Positions 38,134 to 49,440 are shown, counted from the stretch's first letter. The stretch: DNA of 64,000 nt from an uncultured delta proteobacterium (GCA_963841435.1 CAWJCS010000005.1:640001-704000), one strand, 5' to 3'. Program-made: numbers and translations. The notes: generated by a model from the letters alone, not told the origin.

Positions 38134-40155
38134 CTACGGCTTTTGCGCGAGGACGATGAGGCGCGGCGAGAGCTCGCCGAAGAAGACGCCCGGCATCGAG
38201 GGTTGACCGCTCGCCTCGGTGACGCGAAAGCCCACGTCGTGCAGCAGCTTGCCGAGCTCGTGGAGCGAGTACAGCCGCACCGAGTACGTGCACTCGCGCG
38301 AGCGTCCATCGTCGAAGATCACCGAGCGCTTCACGCGCAGGCGGCTCGTGATGAAATCGAGGCTCATGTCATCCATACAGACGCACGAGTCGCCCTCGTA
38401 CCAGAGCTGACTGGGCGAATACCCCGCCGCAAAATCCCGATTCGCAACGTCGACGAGGAACATGCCGCCCGGCTTGAGCGCGCGGAAGATGCGCTCGGCA
38501 ACGGCCAGGTTCTTTTCTTCTTCGAAGTAGCCGAAGCTCGTATTCCAGCAGTAGATCCCATCGAACATGGCCTCGAAGGCCATCTCGCGCATGTCGCCCT
38601 GCAAGAAATTGATCTTTTGGGCGCGCTCCTGCGCCATGTCTCCGGCGAGCGCGAGCTGATACACGGAGAGGTCGTACCCGACGACGCCGTAGCCGCGCGA
38701 GGCGAGCTCGACCGCGTGGTGACCCGACCCGCAGGCGAGATCGAGCACGACGCCTCCCTTGGCGACGCCCAGCGATTCCTCGATGAAATCCACTTCGCGC
38801 GCGATTTGCTTGTCGGTGAGGCGCGGAATTGCACGCGAGAAATCTTCGCCGAAGATGTCTTCCCACCACGGGCGCTTGAGGGTGCGGCGAGCTCGAGGGC
38901 GATCGGTGTCGGGACGTCGCGGGGGCTGCGGGCGTCGCGGAGGTGGAGGCGGCGTGGGCGCGCCGGGGGTCTTGTCGGTCCGCGACTCGGGCACGGAGGT
39001 CGCCTCGGTGGCGGGGAACTCGGGCACCGACAGGGCGTCATCGCGCCCGAGCTCCGTGATCTTCTCCAACGTTGGCCTGTCCTCGGAGTCGGAGTCGGGC
39101 GCGAGGTCGGCGTCATCGAGCTCCGTGGCATCGTGCGCCACGGGCGCCTCCGTCGACTCCTCGGACGAAGACAGGGGCTCCCGCGCCCCGGTCTCGACGC
39201 CAGCGAGCGCGGGCGTCGGGTCATCGTTGTCGAGCTCGCTCTCGACCTCTTCGCGCGATTCGCTCCCGCGCGCCCCCGGGGCTGGCCCGGCGCCCGGCGT
39301 GCCGATGGCAATGATGCGCATCACCTGGATCGCGGGGGCGGGCGTGGGCTTGCTGGGCGGCGCTGCGAAGTCGGTCGGGACGATGACGTGAGCCGGAGCC
39401 GGGGGCTCACTGCGACGGGGTGGAGGTCGGGTGGTGCGGTTCGGCGGCTTCACGCGCGCGGCGCCACCCGATTCGATGCCGAGCGCAGCGGGAACTGGTG
39501 GCGGCGGCGGCGGCTTGACCACGGGGGCACCTGCCGCCGATGGAGGCGGCGGCGGCGGGGGCGAGGGCGATTTGACGGCGGGCGGGGTTGCCGCCGGCGC
39601 CGGTGGGCGCGGCGAGGGCCGTTTGACCGCGGGGGCACCCGCCGCCGAAGCAGCGACCGCCGCTGGGGACGGCGAAAGGACGGGACGCGGCGGCGCGGGC
39701 ACCGGACGCGGCGGCACGGAGCCGGGCAAAAGCGGCGACTTGGGCATGGCGACGGGGGGTGGCGCCATCGCCTCGGCCGCCGGCTTGTCGCTCGACTTGC
39801 GAGCGGGCGCATCGGGCCCGGCGGGCACGGAGTCGCGCCGCGGCTTCGGCGGCGGCACGAGCTTGCGCGACGCGGGCGGCGTCGACTCGAGCCGAGGCGA
39901 CGACACCGGCGGCACGACGAGCTCCGGCGTGATCGCTTCGATCTCCGGAGCGGATGCCGCGCTCGAACGCGCGGGAGGAGCCGGCACCGCACGCGGGCTC
40001 GAAAGCGCCGGACTCGAGCCGGGTGGGCGGCTCGGGGTCCCGACAGAGAGCACGCGGTGGCTCGGGATCTTGGGTGGCGCGGGTGGCGGCGTCGGCGGCT
40101 CGCTGATGGGCGTCTCCGCATCGTCGCGCGGGGCGGGATCGCTCGGCTTGCTCAT
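38134..40155 (-). CDS. Class I SAM-dependent methyltransferase with a long Pro-rich N-terminus
   Basis: VLDLACGSGHH, GYDLS, QGDMR, FDGIYCWNTSFGYF, ALKPGG; ATGA overlap with psd. Confidence 0.9.
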   Translation of the reverse strand: MSKPSDPAPRDDAETPISEPPTPPPAPPKIPSHRVLSVGTPSRPPGSSPALSSPRAVPAPPARSSAASAPEIEAITPELVVPPVSSPRLESTPPASRKLVPPPKPRRDSVPAGPDAPARKSSDKPAAEAMAPPPVAMPKSPLLPGSVPPRPVPAPPRPVLSPSPAAVAASAAGAPAVKRPSPRPPAPAATPPAVKSPSPPPPPPPSAAGAPVVKPPPPPPVPAALGIESGGAARVKPPNRTTRPPPRRSEPPAPAHVIVPTDFAAPPSKPTPAPAIQVMRIIAIGTPGAGPAPGARGSESREEVESELDNDDPTPALAGVETGAREPLSSSEESTEAPVAHDATELDDADLAPDSDSEDRPTLEKITELGRDDALSVPEFPATEATSVPESRTDKTPGAPTPPPPPRRPQPPRRPDTDRPRARRTLKRPWWEDIFGEDFSRAIPRLTDKQIAREVDFIEESLGVAKGGVVLDLACGSGHHAVELASRGYGVVGYDLSVYQLALAGDMAQERAQKINFLQGDMREMAFEAMFDGIYCWNTSFGYFEEEKNLAVAERIFRALKPGGMFLVDVANRDFAAGYSPSQLWYEGDSCVCMDDMSLDFITSRLRVKRSVIFDDGRSRECTYSVRLYSLHELGKLLHDVGFRVTEASGQPSMPGVFFGELSPRLIVLAQKP

Positions 40156-40976
40156 CCGGCCCTCAACAGCGACTCACCGAAACGGATCGCCCCCGGGCGC
40201 CGCGCCACCGACAAGCCCGGCTCGAGCAGCAGCACGACGGTGGAGCCGAGGTGGAAGATCCCGAGCTCGTCGCCGCGCGCAACGCTTCGTGCCGGCTCGA
40301 TCGGGTGCTCGCCCTCGGGCACGTCGTCGCCGGGCAACACGCTCACCGTCACGCGGCCCACGATCGTCGCGCCTACCATCACCACCGTCACGCGCCCGAG
40401 ACCGTCGGTATCGACGACGATCGCGACACGCTGGTTTTTGACGAAGAGCTGCGGAACATGACGCTCGCCAATCTTGTTGACCGGGTACAAATCGCCCGAT
40501 AGCCCGCGCACCAGCGTCACCTTGCCATCGACCGGCGAATGAACGCGATGGTAATCGCGCGGCGCGAGGTACACGACCGCGAACTCGCCCCCCGCGTAGC
40601 GGGCGGCGTCGCGCGGATCACCCACGAGCTCGCCCACGTCGTAGGGCTGCCCTTTTACGAAGATCCGCGCGCCCGAATCGACGACGCCGAGTGACGACAG
40701 CGCGCCGTCGGCGGGGCTCACGAGCGAGTCGCCGCTCACGGGCCGGGCGCCTTTTTTGAGCGGGCGCGTGAAGAAGGCGTCGAAGCTCGGAAAGCCCTGC
40801 GCCGGTAGCTCTGCGTCGTCGAGCTCGACGCGGTAGGTGCGACAATACGCCGAGGTCACCGCGCGCGAGACCGCGCGGGGAAGGGGTTGGTCGCACAAAC
40901 GCCCCATGGCCCGGCTGATTCGGACCCTGGGCAGCGCGCGCAGGACCTGTGCGGCGAGGAGCGTGGCAATGCCCAC
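40152..40976 (-). CDS. psd: Phosphatidylserine decarboxylase proenzyme
   Basis: FDAFFTRPLK, SPADG, VKGQPY, YLAPRDYHRVHSP, FHLGSTVV. Confidence 0.95.
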   Translation of the reverse strand: MGIATLLAAQVLRALPRVRISRAMGRLCDQPLPRAVSRAVTSAYCRTYRVELDDAELPAQGFPSFDAFFTRPLKKGARPVSGDSLVSPADGALSSLGVVDSGARIFVKGQPYDVGELVGDPRDAARYAGGEFAVVYLAPRDYHRVHSPVDGKVTLVRGLSGDLYPVNKIGERHVPQLFVKNQRVAIVVDTDGLGRVTVVMVGATIVGRVTVSVLPGDDVPEGEHPIEPARSVARGDELGIFHLGSTVVLLLEPGLSVARRPGAIRFGESLLRAG

Positions 40977-41097
40977 GGAAGTGTTTCGAAGCCGGCTTGG
41001 ACTCGAGCTTTCATCGTACGGCTTCTCGTGGACTCGGGTCAATTCTCTCGTCTTTTCCCGGACTTTGGTACAGCGGCCGCGGGCGGGAATTTTTCGA

Positions 41098-42652
41098 TCA
41101 GAGCGGCTTCTCGGGCTTCTTCGGGGCTGCTTCGCGCGCCGATTCGCACAGGGCGCGCCGACGCGGGTCTTTGGGTACGACCCGTACCCCTCCTTCTATG
41201 CCCCCTTCGCAGGCCACCGTGCTGTCGAGCGGGTCGAGACCGAGGGCGTGCTCGAGCTCGGCCCTGGCCTCCTCCGCGTGCCCGGCGTCGGCGTCCAGGC
41301 GACCCCGGAGAGCCATCCACCCCCCGTGGGGCCCTCGAATGTCCGAAAGCGTCCCCAGCCGGGTGCTCGCCTCGGCCGCCGTGCCGAGGACCATGGCCGT
41401 CCGGGCGGCCCGGTAGCGCACCGACGCCTCAGCGGAACCAAGCGCGAGGGCGGCGTCGTACTCGACCTGGGCGGCCGCGGCCCGGCCTCGTTCCGCCAGC
41501 AGATCGCCGAGCCGGACGCGGCGAGCCAGGGCGCGCGGGTCCTTGACGGGCGCGGGCCGTGAGCGCGCCTCTCGCGGGTCGCGCGGCGGGACATCGAGCA
41601 TGCTCTTTTTCCAGAGCCGGCTCCAGTCGCCGAGACCATAGCCGCTCACCGAGCGGAGCGCCGGATCGGCGCTATCGGGCGATGTCTCCGCCATGTCGGA
41701 AAAGAGCAACCTCAGCGCCGGACTTCCGTTGAGCGCGAGCCAGTACGTGACGAAGCTCTGCACCTCCGCGTAGGCAACCGACGCTTGCTCGGGGCTCGGC
41801 AACATGGCGATGGAGGGGCCGAGCTCGTCGAGCCCGATGAAGCGCCCCGTCAGCAGGGCCTCGAAGGCCAGCTGCTGGGCGGCGCTCGCGTCGTCGAACG
41901 CTCGTGCTGGGCGCCAGCGCGTTTCTTCGCGCTTGGCGATGCCCTCCTGAAGCCAGAGCGGCGCGCGATCCGTCGAGGCGCGCGTCACGATGAGGTGCGT
42001 GATTTCGTGGGCAAGTGTGTCCTGCCAGGGGTAGCCGAGCGGCGTCGCGCGTGGCGTGATCGCGATCACGCGGCCCCAACGGGCCACGGCGAGCGTCCCC
42101 GTGGTTTCGGCGGCGGAGAGCGGTAGCCCCGAAACGGCGGCCAGCGAGAACAGGTCGCGCACGAGATCGATGCGCAGAGGCCGTGGAAACGCTACGTCGA
42201 GCTCGGCGGCGATCGCGTCCCTCGCCCGGGCGGCGGTTTCGATCACGAACGGCGCAAAGGCGCGATCTGCGTCGTCCTGCAACCTGACCCACACGCCGAG
42301 CTTCTCGTCCTCGACGACGAAGCCGCTCACGGTCGCACGCGCGCAGCTTTCGGCGAGCGCCGAGAGCGGCGCGCCACCGGGCGCCTCGGCGAGCGTCGGC
42401 GCCGAGAGCGCGGCAGCGGCGCGGTCGCAGTCACCTCGATAGATGGCGAGTCGCGCGCGCTCGAGTGCCAGCTGGGTGGCGTCGCCCTTCGCGACGTTCG
42501 AGCAGCTTCTCGGCACGGTCGAGGTCGAGTCGGGTGATAGCCTCCGAGACGCTCGCGTCGGGCGCGGAGGGCAGTCCGGCGGCGGCCACGGCCGAGAGCA
42601 ACGCGCCGCCCGAGAGCAGCGCCACGAACCAAGCGAGCCCGCGGCCCGTCAT
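41098..42652 (-). CDS. Exported peptidase-MA-like zinc metalloprotease with TPRs; apparent frameshift at about 42497
   Basis: Signal peptide in ORF 42431..42652; TLAHEITH, PLWLQEGIA, TPR-like C-terminus. Confidence 0.8.
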
Positions 42653-45574
42653 TGCAGAAGGCCCTCCGCGTAGCGCCGGATGGCCGGCTCGAGGCGCGAG
42701 CCGCGCTCCTTGCCGAGCCCCTCGAGCACCCGACGGCGGAATTCCTGGGCTCGGCGCCGATCGTCGGCCGCCGGCACCGCCGCGTCCGTACCCATCCCGT
42801 GACCGTTTTCGCCGTGACGGTCGGCGTGGCGCTCGTCGCCCGCGCGCTCGTCGCCGTCGGTGGTGCGGCCCGTGCCGCCCTGCTCGAGCAACCGCTGCGC
42901 CTCGCGCTGATGCGAAAGGCCGGCCTCGCCGCGCCCTTGCCCGAGCTCGCTCGCGGCGTCGCGCATGGCGTCACGCGCGCGACGGAGCTTGTCGAGCATG
43001 CTCTCGGGCAGGCTCGCCTCGGACTTCTCGGCACGCTCGCCGAGCTCGCCCGTGCGGCGCTCGATGGAGCGCTCGCGCTCGGCGGCCTCGCCCAAATGCC
43101 CGCGCGCGCGCTCGCGAGCGTCGTTCTTGAGCGCCGCGCGCGCGCGTTCCGCCCACGCCTTCGCCTCCGAGAGCGCCTGGCGCGCCGTCTCGAGGGCGTC
43201 GCGGTCGGTCACGTCGGCGATGCTTTCAGGACGCTCGGCCTTGCTTTTCGCTTCGTCGGCGAGCCCGAGCGCCTTGTCGCCGCTATCGAGCGCCTCGTCG
43301 AGCTCGAGGCGCTCGAGCCGCTCGGCCATGGCCGCCCCGTGCTCGCGCGAGAGGGCCGCCGCCGCGCGCCCGGACCCTTCGGGAGCGCCGGCGCGCGGCA
43401 GACTCTCGAGCGCATCGCGCAGCGCCTTGGCGCGCTGCTGAGCCTCGCGCCGCATGGCTTCGTCGCCCGCGGCCTCGCCGGCCTCGACGAGGTCGCGACC
43501 GACCTGCTCGAGCAGCGCGCCGTGCTCACGCGTGAGCTCCGAGAGCTCGTCCGCGATCTCATCGAAGCGGCGATTGGCGTCGGAAGGAGGAACGTTGGCG
43601 TCGCCCTCGCCGGAATCCCCCGCCGCTCTCGACGCCGCCGGCACCGTTGCCGCCCGCGACCGAGAACGACGGGTCGGGCCGGCGGAGCCGTGCGGCGAGG
43701 TGCCGTGCCGCGAGCTCCGCGTGATAAAGTGAGTGATCGGCGACAGCGCGTCGGATGCGAGCCAGCTCACCTCGCGTCACGCTCGCGAGATCGTCACCGA
43801 GCTCGTCGAGGACAGCGAGGTTCCCGCGGCCCACGTCGAGCACGGCGAGAGCGGCCTGGGCCCGCTCGGTCGCGAGCGCCGCTCGCTCGCTCGTGCGGCC
43901 GTCGGCAAAAGCATCGGCGGCCTCCTCCGCCACGTCGCCGAGCCGCTTGGCGACCCCGCGCGCGTCCCGCGTGCCGAACGCGCGCACGGCCGAGTCCACG
44001 GCGAGCGCCACGTCCTCCACTCCCTCCGAGGCCGATTTGGCCCGGGGGGGCATTTCGAGGCGCCGCGCCTGACCGACGAGGAAAGTGCGGAGCCCCTGCG
44101 GAAACCGTGCCGCACCGACCGAGCTGACGCCCGCCGTGCGCAGCGCCTGCGCGGCGACGGCCCGTCGCTCGCCGAGCCCGCGGCGCCGCGTGGCGGCGTC
44201 GGCCTCGGCCCCCTCGACGGCCAGCCACGCGAGCACGTCGAGCACGGCCCCCCGCGCCTCGACGAGCGACAGGTAGCGTGCCGCCTCGGGGGCCCCGACG
44301 GGCGGCGGCCGGATCGTGACAGGCTCGCTCCGCCCCCACTTCGCCCCCGACAGCACGTCGTTGTCCTTGGCCTCGATCGTGACGAGGACGGGAAGGAACA
44401 TGCGCCGGACGAAGGGATCTCCGGCGTCGAGCGCCTGGGCACCCTGTTCGGTCCGACCCTGTCCGTCGAGCTTCTCGAGCACGCGCCGCTCCTCCCGTCC
44501 TCCCGAGCGCAGCACGAGGTCAATCTGGCGCAGCCCATGGTCGTCGGTCGCGCGATAGGCGAGCTCGAGGCGTCCGAGTCCCTCGAGATCCACGGTGCGC
44601 GGGGCGCCGTCGAGCAACACTCGGGGCGCAGCGTCGGGCACAGCCGCGATACGGATGGGCTCCGGCTCCCGCAAAAGGACGTCCCCGAAGCGCGCAGCGA
44701 CGAAGAGCTCGACGTGGTCTTTCACTGCAAAACGCGCCACGACCCCTTCGCCGCCCTCGGACCCGAAGGCGACCTCTTCGTGGCCGTCGGTGAGCACGAG
44801 CCGGCGCCCCGGACGCGCCGGGATCCCCCGGACCACGAGGGTGCTGCCGACTGGCGCCTGCGATCCGCTCGGGTCGGCGTGTCGATCGGCGAGCCTGAGG
44901 TACGGGGGGGCCTGGACGAGGACGCTCAGACCGTCGAGCCAGGGAAGCGACAGTGGCGCGACGCCACGGCGCGCCGCGAGCACGTCGAGCCCCTCGATGA
45001 CTCGTGCGGGATCGGACACCACCGCGCCGGCACCGAGCAGGGCAAAAAGGAGCGCGCCGAGCCGGAGCCGCGAAGCAAAGCGCTCGCCGCGGGCGCGCGA
45101 GAGGTCGCGCGGGATGCGCGCGATGGCCCGGCTCGCGTGCAATCGCGCAAGTGAAAGCGAGCCCACGTCCACCCCCGCGACCGCCTGATCCTCGAGCGCG
45201 AGCGCCCGCAAAATGCGCTGGTACAGGGCGCGGTCCTCGCGGACAAGCAGCCTCTTTACGACGAGGTCACGGCGGCGCGTGGCACGCCGGTCCCGCAGGC
45301 GAGCGACAGCGAACCCGAGCACGACCGAGCCGACGAGCGTCGCGGCACCGACCCGAAACGCCGTGGTGCCCCGCCGCGCGACGAGCCCGGCGGCGACGAC
45401 GGCGCAGAACGAGCTCGCGAGCAACGCGAGCCGCCAGGCAGGGCGGACGCGCGCGCGAAACGTCGCGAGGTGCTCGGCGAGCGTCGGGTGCCGATCCAAG
45501 GTGCCGGAGTCTAGCAGCGCCCCTTGCCTGGCGCCTCGGACGCGGTCATCCTGAGCACGTGAGCTCCGAGCCAC
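42649..45574 (-). CDS. DUF4175-like large membrane-anchored coiled-coil protein; apparent frameshift at about 43620
   Basis: N-terminal TMs, PPYLR, DAAPRV..., YRATDDHGL, EAKDND, coiled coil, C-terminal IRRYAEGLL. Confidence 0.72.
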
Positions 45575-45579
45575 GGCGC

Positions 45580-46335
45580 ATGCAGCGCGTCATCCTCGGC
45601 CTTCCCGAGATGGGGCTTCGCATCGAGTGGCTCCGCGACTACCTGACGACGACGCCCTGCGAACGCGCGGCGGGCGAGCTCGAAGCAGTTTGCGAGGCGA
45701 GCGAGCGTTCCGATCCGAGGGCTCGCGAGACCGTTCTCGCGCTGGCGCTCCTTTTGGCGCGCTTCGGCGACCAGAGCTTCGTCGGGCGCCTGCGCGAGCG
45801 AGCGGAGCAGCAGCACCTCTTGAGTCTCGGGCGGCTGCTGCGGCGCGCGCCGGCGCAGCCACGCTCGGTGCCGCCGCCCGGGCAGGCGCCCGTTCCCGAC
45901 TATGGCCGGGGCCGCGAGCTGACGGTCGGTGAGCGCCGCAGCCTCGCGCGCATGCCGAGCCGCAGAGCGTTCGACAAGCTCCTCTCCGATCCACACCCCC
46001 TCGTCATCCGCCAGCTGCTCGAGAACCCACGCCTGACCGAGGACGACGTCGTGCGCATTGCCGCGCGCCGTCCCGTGCGACCCGAGGCCGTCATCGCAAT
46101 CGCGCGCTCGGAACGCTGGCTCAAGCGCCCGCGCATCCGCCTGACCATCCTCTTGAACCCCGGCTCACCGCCCGACGTCGCGATGCCGCTGCTCGCCGCC
46201 TGCACGCGCACCGAGCTGCTCGAAATCGTCCACGGTCCCGACATGAGCAAGGTGCTGCGCGCCACGGCGCGCGAGCTGCTCGCGCGCCGTCCACCCCTGG
46301 ACCAATCGGACACTGCCGACCACGTGCTGCAGTAA
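45580..46335 (+). CDS. Hypothetical helical-repeat protein
   Basis: GRELTVGERRSLAR, LLSDPHPLVIRQLLENPRLTEDDVVRIAARRP, ILLNPGSP. Confidence 0.72.
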   Translation: MQRVILGLPEMGLRIEWLRDYLTTTPCERAAGELEAVCEASERSDPRARETVLALALLLARFGDQSFVGRLRERAEQQHLLSLGRLLRRAPAQPRSVPPPGQAPVPDYGRGRELTVGERRSLARMPSRRAFDKLLSDPHPLVIRQLLENPRLTEDDVVRIAARRPVRPEAVIAIARSERWLKRPRIRLTILLNPGSPPDVAMPLLAACTRTELLEIVHGPDMSKVLRATARELLARRPPLDQSDTADHVLQ

Positions 46336-46388
46336 GGATCGGGACGGAGCTCGGCGCCGCGGGAGTCGGAGCTTCGCCCCGTCCGCCG

Positions 46389-46655
46389 CTAGCCTTCGTC
46401 TTCGCCCTCGGCGTCCCACTTCAAGAGGGCCCCGACGGTGATCTCGGACGCACAGGCTTCGCAAAGCGGCGGCTCCTCGTAGCGGACCTCGTCGCCTCGC
46501 GTCCAGAGGAACAGGCCCGACCCCGCGGGCTCACCTTCGAACCATTGGCCGCAGGCGTCGCAATCGAAGCCGCGGCGCGGCCGCGAGCCAGGGCCGCGCG
46601 CGCTGCCGGGCTCGTCGGCATCGGCGATGGTTCTGACGTCGGGCGCGGGCATCAC
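46389..46655 (-). CDS. Small putative Zn-finger protein
   Basis: CDACG ... GLFLWTRGDEVRYEEPPLCEAC. Confidence 0.65.
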   Translation of the reverse strand: MMPAPDVRTIADADEPGSARGPGSRPRRGFDCDACGQWFEGEPAGSGLFLWTRGDEVRYEEPPLCEACASEITVGALLKWDAEGEDEG

Positions 46656-46706
46656 TGGTCATTATACCGCCCGTTCAACGGCGCCGCGCCACCCCGCGCG
46701 CTTTTG

Positions 46707-48863
46707 CTACTCTGCCGCCGCGGGCCGCGAGGCGCCCTCCCCGAGGCCGCAGGCTTCGGCGAGCAGTTCCGCAACGTCGAGATTTTTCACCTCGGTTTCC
46801 TTGGACTCGGCCTTGATACCGTCCGTGAGCATCGTCATGCAGAAGGGACAGGCGCTCGCGAGCGTGGTCGCACCCGTGTCGATGAGCTGCAGGGTTCGCT
46901 TCACGTTTACGCGGTTCTTGTTCTGCTCCTCCATGAACATCTGGGCACCACCCGCGCCACAGCAGAGCCCGCGCTTCTTGTTGAAGTGCTCGACCTCCAC
47001 GAGCTCGACGCCCGGGATACTCGCGAGCAGCGCTCGAGGCGACTCGTAGCCGTCGTTGTAGCGGCCGAGGTAGCACGAATCGTGATACGCGATGCGTCCG
47101 CGCACCCCGGCCCCGGCCTTGGGCACGAGCTTCCGCTCGGCGAGCAAGCCGAGCAGAAAATCGGTGTGGTGGACCACCTCGAGCTTGGCGCCGAAATCCG
47201 GGTACTCGTTGAGCAGCGTGTTGAAGCAGTGCGGGCAGGTCGTGATCACCGTGCGAGCGCCGCCCTTTTCGCGGTACCCGTTGAGCGTCGCGGCATTGGT
47301 CTCCGCGAGCATGCTGAAAAGGTACTCGTTGCCCGCACGGCGCGCCGGATCGCCCGTGCACGTCTCCTCGTCACCGAGGATGGCGAAGTCCACGCCGGCG
47401 CTCGACAGCAAGCGCGCCGTGGCACGCGCAATCTTCTTGGCGCGGTCGTCGTAGCTCGCGGCGCACCCGACCCAGAAGAGCACGGGTGCGTCGGGCTTGT
47501 CCGCCATGCGGGGCACGTCGAGCCCCTCGGTCCATGTCGTGCGGTCGACGCGCGCGAGGTTCCACGGATTGCCGTTCACCTCCATGCCCTCGAACGGCTT
47601 GCCGAGCTCGGCGGGAAACTCACCGCGGATCGTCACGAGGTTTCGCCTCATCTGCACGATCTTGTCGACGTAACTGATGTTCACGGGGCACTGTTCCTCG
47701 CACGCGCGGCAGGTCGTGCAGGCCCAGAGCACCTCGGGCTTGATGAGCTCGGGGACGAGATCCTTCGGCCCCTCGTTTTTGCCGTAGAGCCGGTCGCGCA
47801 GGTCGAGGGTCAGCTGCTTGGGCGAGAGCAGCTTGCCCGTGACGAACGCCGGGCAGTTGTCCGAGCAACGGCCGCACTCCGTGCAGGTGTAAAAGTCGAG
47901 GTAGTCCTTCCAGCTGAAGTGCTCGATGCGGGCGTAGCCGATGCGCGCGGCCGTGAGGTCCTCGCCCTCGGTGGCTTTCTCCACCTTCGTCATCAGCTCC
48001 TCGGTGCTCGCTGCCAGAGGCCGCAGCCGACCCTTGGGCGTCAGATCGCCGAGCGCGACGTTGGGCAGCGCCGTGATGATGTGGAAGTGCTTCGTGTAGG
48101 GCAGGATGTTGAGGAACACGAGCACGAGCGACGAGTGGGTCCAGAAGCCGGCGTGCGCCACGCCGACGAGAACCCCGTCGGGGAGCCGGGCGAGCAGCGT
48201 CGCGGCGAGCATGGCGCCGGGCTCCGGAAACCATTCGAGGGCGAGCGTCTCGCGCGGTGCGCCGAGCGGCGCGACGAGCGCGGCCACGTCGGGGCAGAGC
48301 TCGGCGAGCGCGGGCGGGCAGCCGAGCGCGTAGCGGGCATGGAGAACGACCGTGGCGCCGTCGTAGGCGAGATCGGCGACCATCATCGTGACGATGATGC
48401 CGAGGATCACGAGCCCCTCCCCGCTGAGCGTCATCCGTTTCTCGCGCCGCACGGCGCGCAGGTAGACGAACGCGAGGGCTCCCGCGATGACGAGCAGAGC
48501 CATGACGTCCTTGAGAAAGCCGTAAGCCTCACCGAGCGGCAGCCCGAAGACGGGCGACGGACCGAGCACCCACAGGTTGAAATCCTGCGAGAAGCCGCGC
48601 CCCCACAGCACGAGGCTCCGCAAGAGCAAGATGACGAAGCCCCAGAAGATCGCGTAATGCGCGACGGCCGCTAGGGGGTAGTTCGGCATCTTCACCTGCA
48701 GGAGCGCAAACCTCACGACGGCTCGCAGGCGATCCAGCGGACGATCGGTGCGGCGTTCCCAGGTGGGCGCGCCTTTTCTCAGGAGCTTCAGGCGGCGTGA
48801 CGCGCTGACGGCGAAAGCCCCCCAGAGCCCGACGAGCAGGGCGCCCATGAAGAGCGGGTTCAT
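46707..48863 (-). CDS. Membrane (Fe-S)-binding oxidoreductase, FadF/HdrD-like
   Basis: TM domain; CTECGRCSDNCP and CTTCRACEEQCP ferredoxin motifs; CCG domains (WVGC, CPHC, YHDSC, CCGAGG, ACPFC). Confidence 0.92.
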   Translation of the reverse strand: MNPLFMGALLVGLWGAFAVSASRRLKLLRKGAPTWERRTDRPLDRLRAVVRFALLQVKMPNYPLAAVAHYAIFWGFVILLLRSLVLWGRGFSQDFNLWVLGPSPVFGLPLGEAYGFLKDVMALLVIAGALAFVYLRAVRREKRMTLSGEGLVILGIIVTMMVADLAYDGATVVLHARYALGCPPALAELCPDVAALVAPLGAPRETLALEWFPEPGAMLAATLLARLPDGVLVGVAHAGFWTHSSLVLVFLNILPYTKHFHIITALPNVALGDLTPKGRLRPLAASTEELMTKVEKATEGEDLTAARIGYARIEHFSWKDYLDFYTCTECGRCSDNCPAFVTGKLLSPKQLTLDLRDRLYGKNEGPKDLVPELIKPEVLWACTTCRACEEQCPVNISYVDKIVQMRRNLVTIRGEFPAELGKPFEGMEVNGNPWNLARVDRTTWTEGLDVPRMADKPDAPVLFWVGCAASYDDRAKKIARATARLLSSAGVDFAILGDEETCTGDPARRAGNEYLFSMLAETNAATLNGYREKGGARTVITTCPHCFNTLLNEYPDFGAKLEVVHHTDFLLGLLAERKLVPKAGAGVRGRIAYHDSCYLGRYNDGYESPRALLASIPGVELVEVEHFNKKRGLCCGAGGAQMFMEEQNKNRVNVKRTLQLIDTGATTLASACPFCMTMLTDGIKAESKETEVKNLDVAELLAEACGLGEGASRPAAAE

Positions 48864-48909
48864 GGGACCCGATCGTAGCAGGGGCGTCGCCCGCCCGGTC
48901 GGTTCGTCG

Positions 48910-49434
48910 TCAGCGCGGGTGCGTTAGCGCCCAAACGAGCAGCGCGAGGCCCACGACGATGGCCGCGGCGAGCCAGGGCGGCCACCGTTTGCGCTGGGTG
49001 AGCGGCGCCGGGGGAGGTACGGAGGCCTTGACGACGCGCGCGGAGCGCACCGCGAGCGCAACGGTCGGGTCGGACTCCGTGCTCGGCTCGACGCGCAAGA
49101 GCAGATGCCCCCGGGGCAGGTCGGAACCCGCGGGGGGTAGTCCCCCGTGCTCGGGAATGCGGATGACGAACGGCACGTCCATCTGCCCCGCCGGTAGGGC
49201 GACTTCGACCAAGTCGACCGGGTCCTGCCGCCCGCGCACGGTGATCGCCCCCGAGCGTTCGCAGGTGTCGCAGCCGCCCCCGTCGCAGGCGGCGCACGTG
49301 AGGTTTCGGGGCAGCTCGACCTCGATGGTCACCCCCCGCTCGACCCAGGCGCTTTCCACCCGGACGCGATGCAGCGCATCCGGCCCCCGCGGGGACCCGA
49401 GGTCGGTGACGACGCGCCCTAGGACTTCGGGCAT
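48910..49434 (-). CDS. DnaJ C-terminal/Zn-finger-like protein without a J-domain, with a C-terminal TM
   Basis: CAACDGGGCDTCERSG, IRIPEHG, GHLLLRV, TM WLAAAIVVGLALLVWAL. Confidence 0.6.
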   Translation of the reverse strand: MPEVLGRVVTDLGSPRGPDALHRVRVESAWVERGVTIEVELPRNLTCAACDGGGCDTCERSGAITVRGRQDPVDLVEVALPAGQMDVPFVIRIPEHGGLPPAGSDLPRGHLLLRVEPSTESDPTVALAVRSARVVKASVPPPAPLTQRKRWPPWLAAAIVVGLALLVWALTHPR

Positions 49435-49440
49435 GGTTTC

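Noticed and set aside
38074-40461. 795-aa plus-strand ORF, and similar long ORFs at 8119..10218 and 46545..48674
   Set aside because: Arg-rich shadow ORFs opposite well-supported genes, as expected at this GC content.
44078-44090. GAGGAAAGT motif resembling RNase P RNA
   Set aside because: It lies inside the DUF4175-like CDS and the other conserved rnpB elements are absent.
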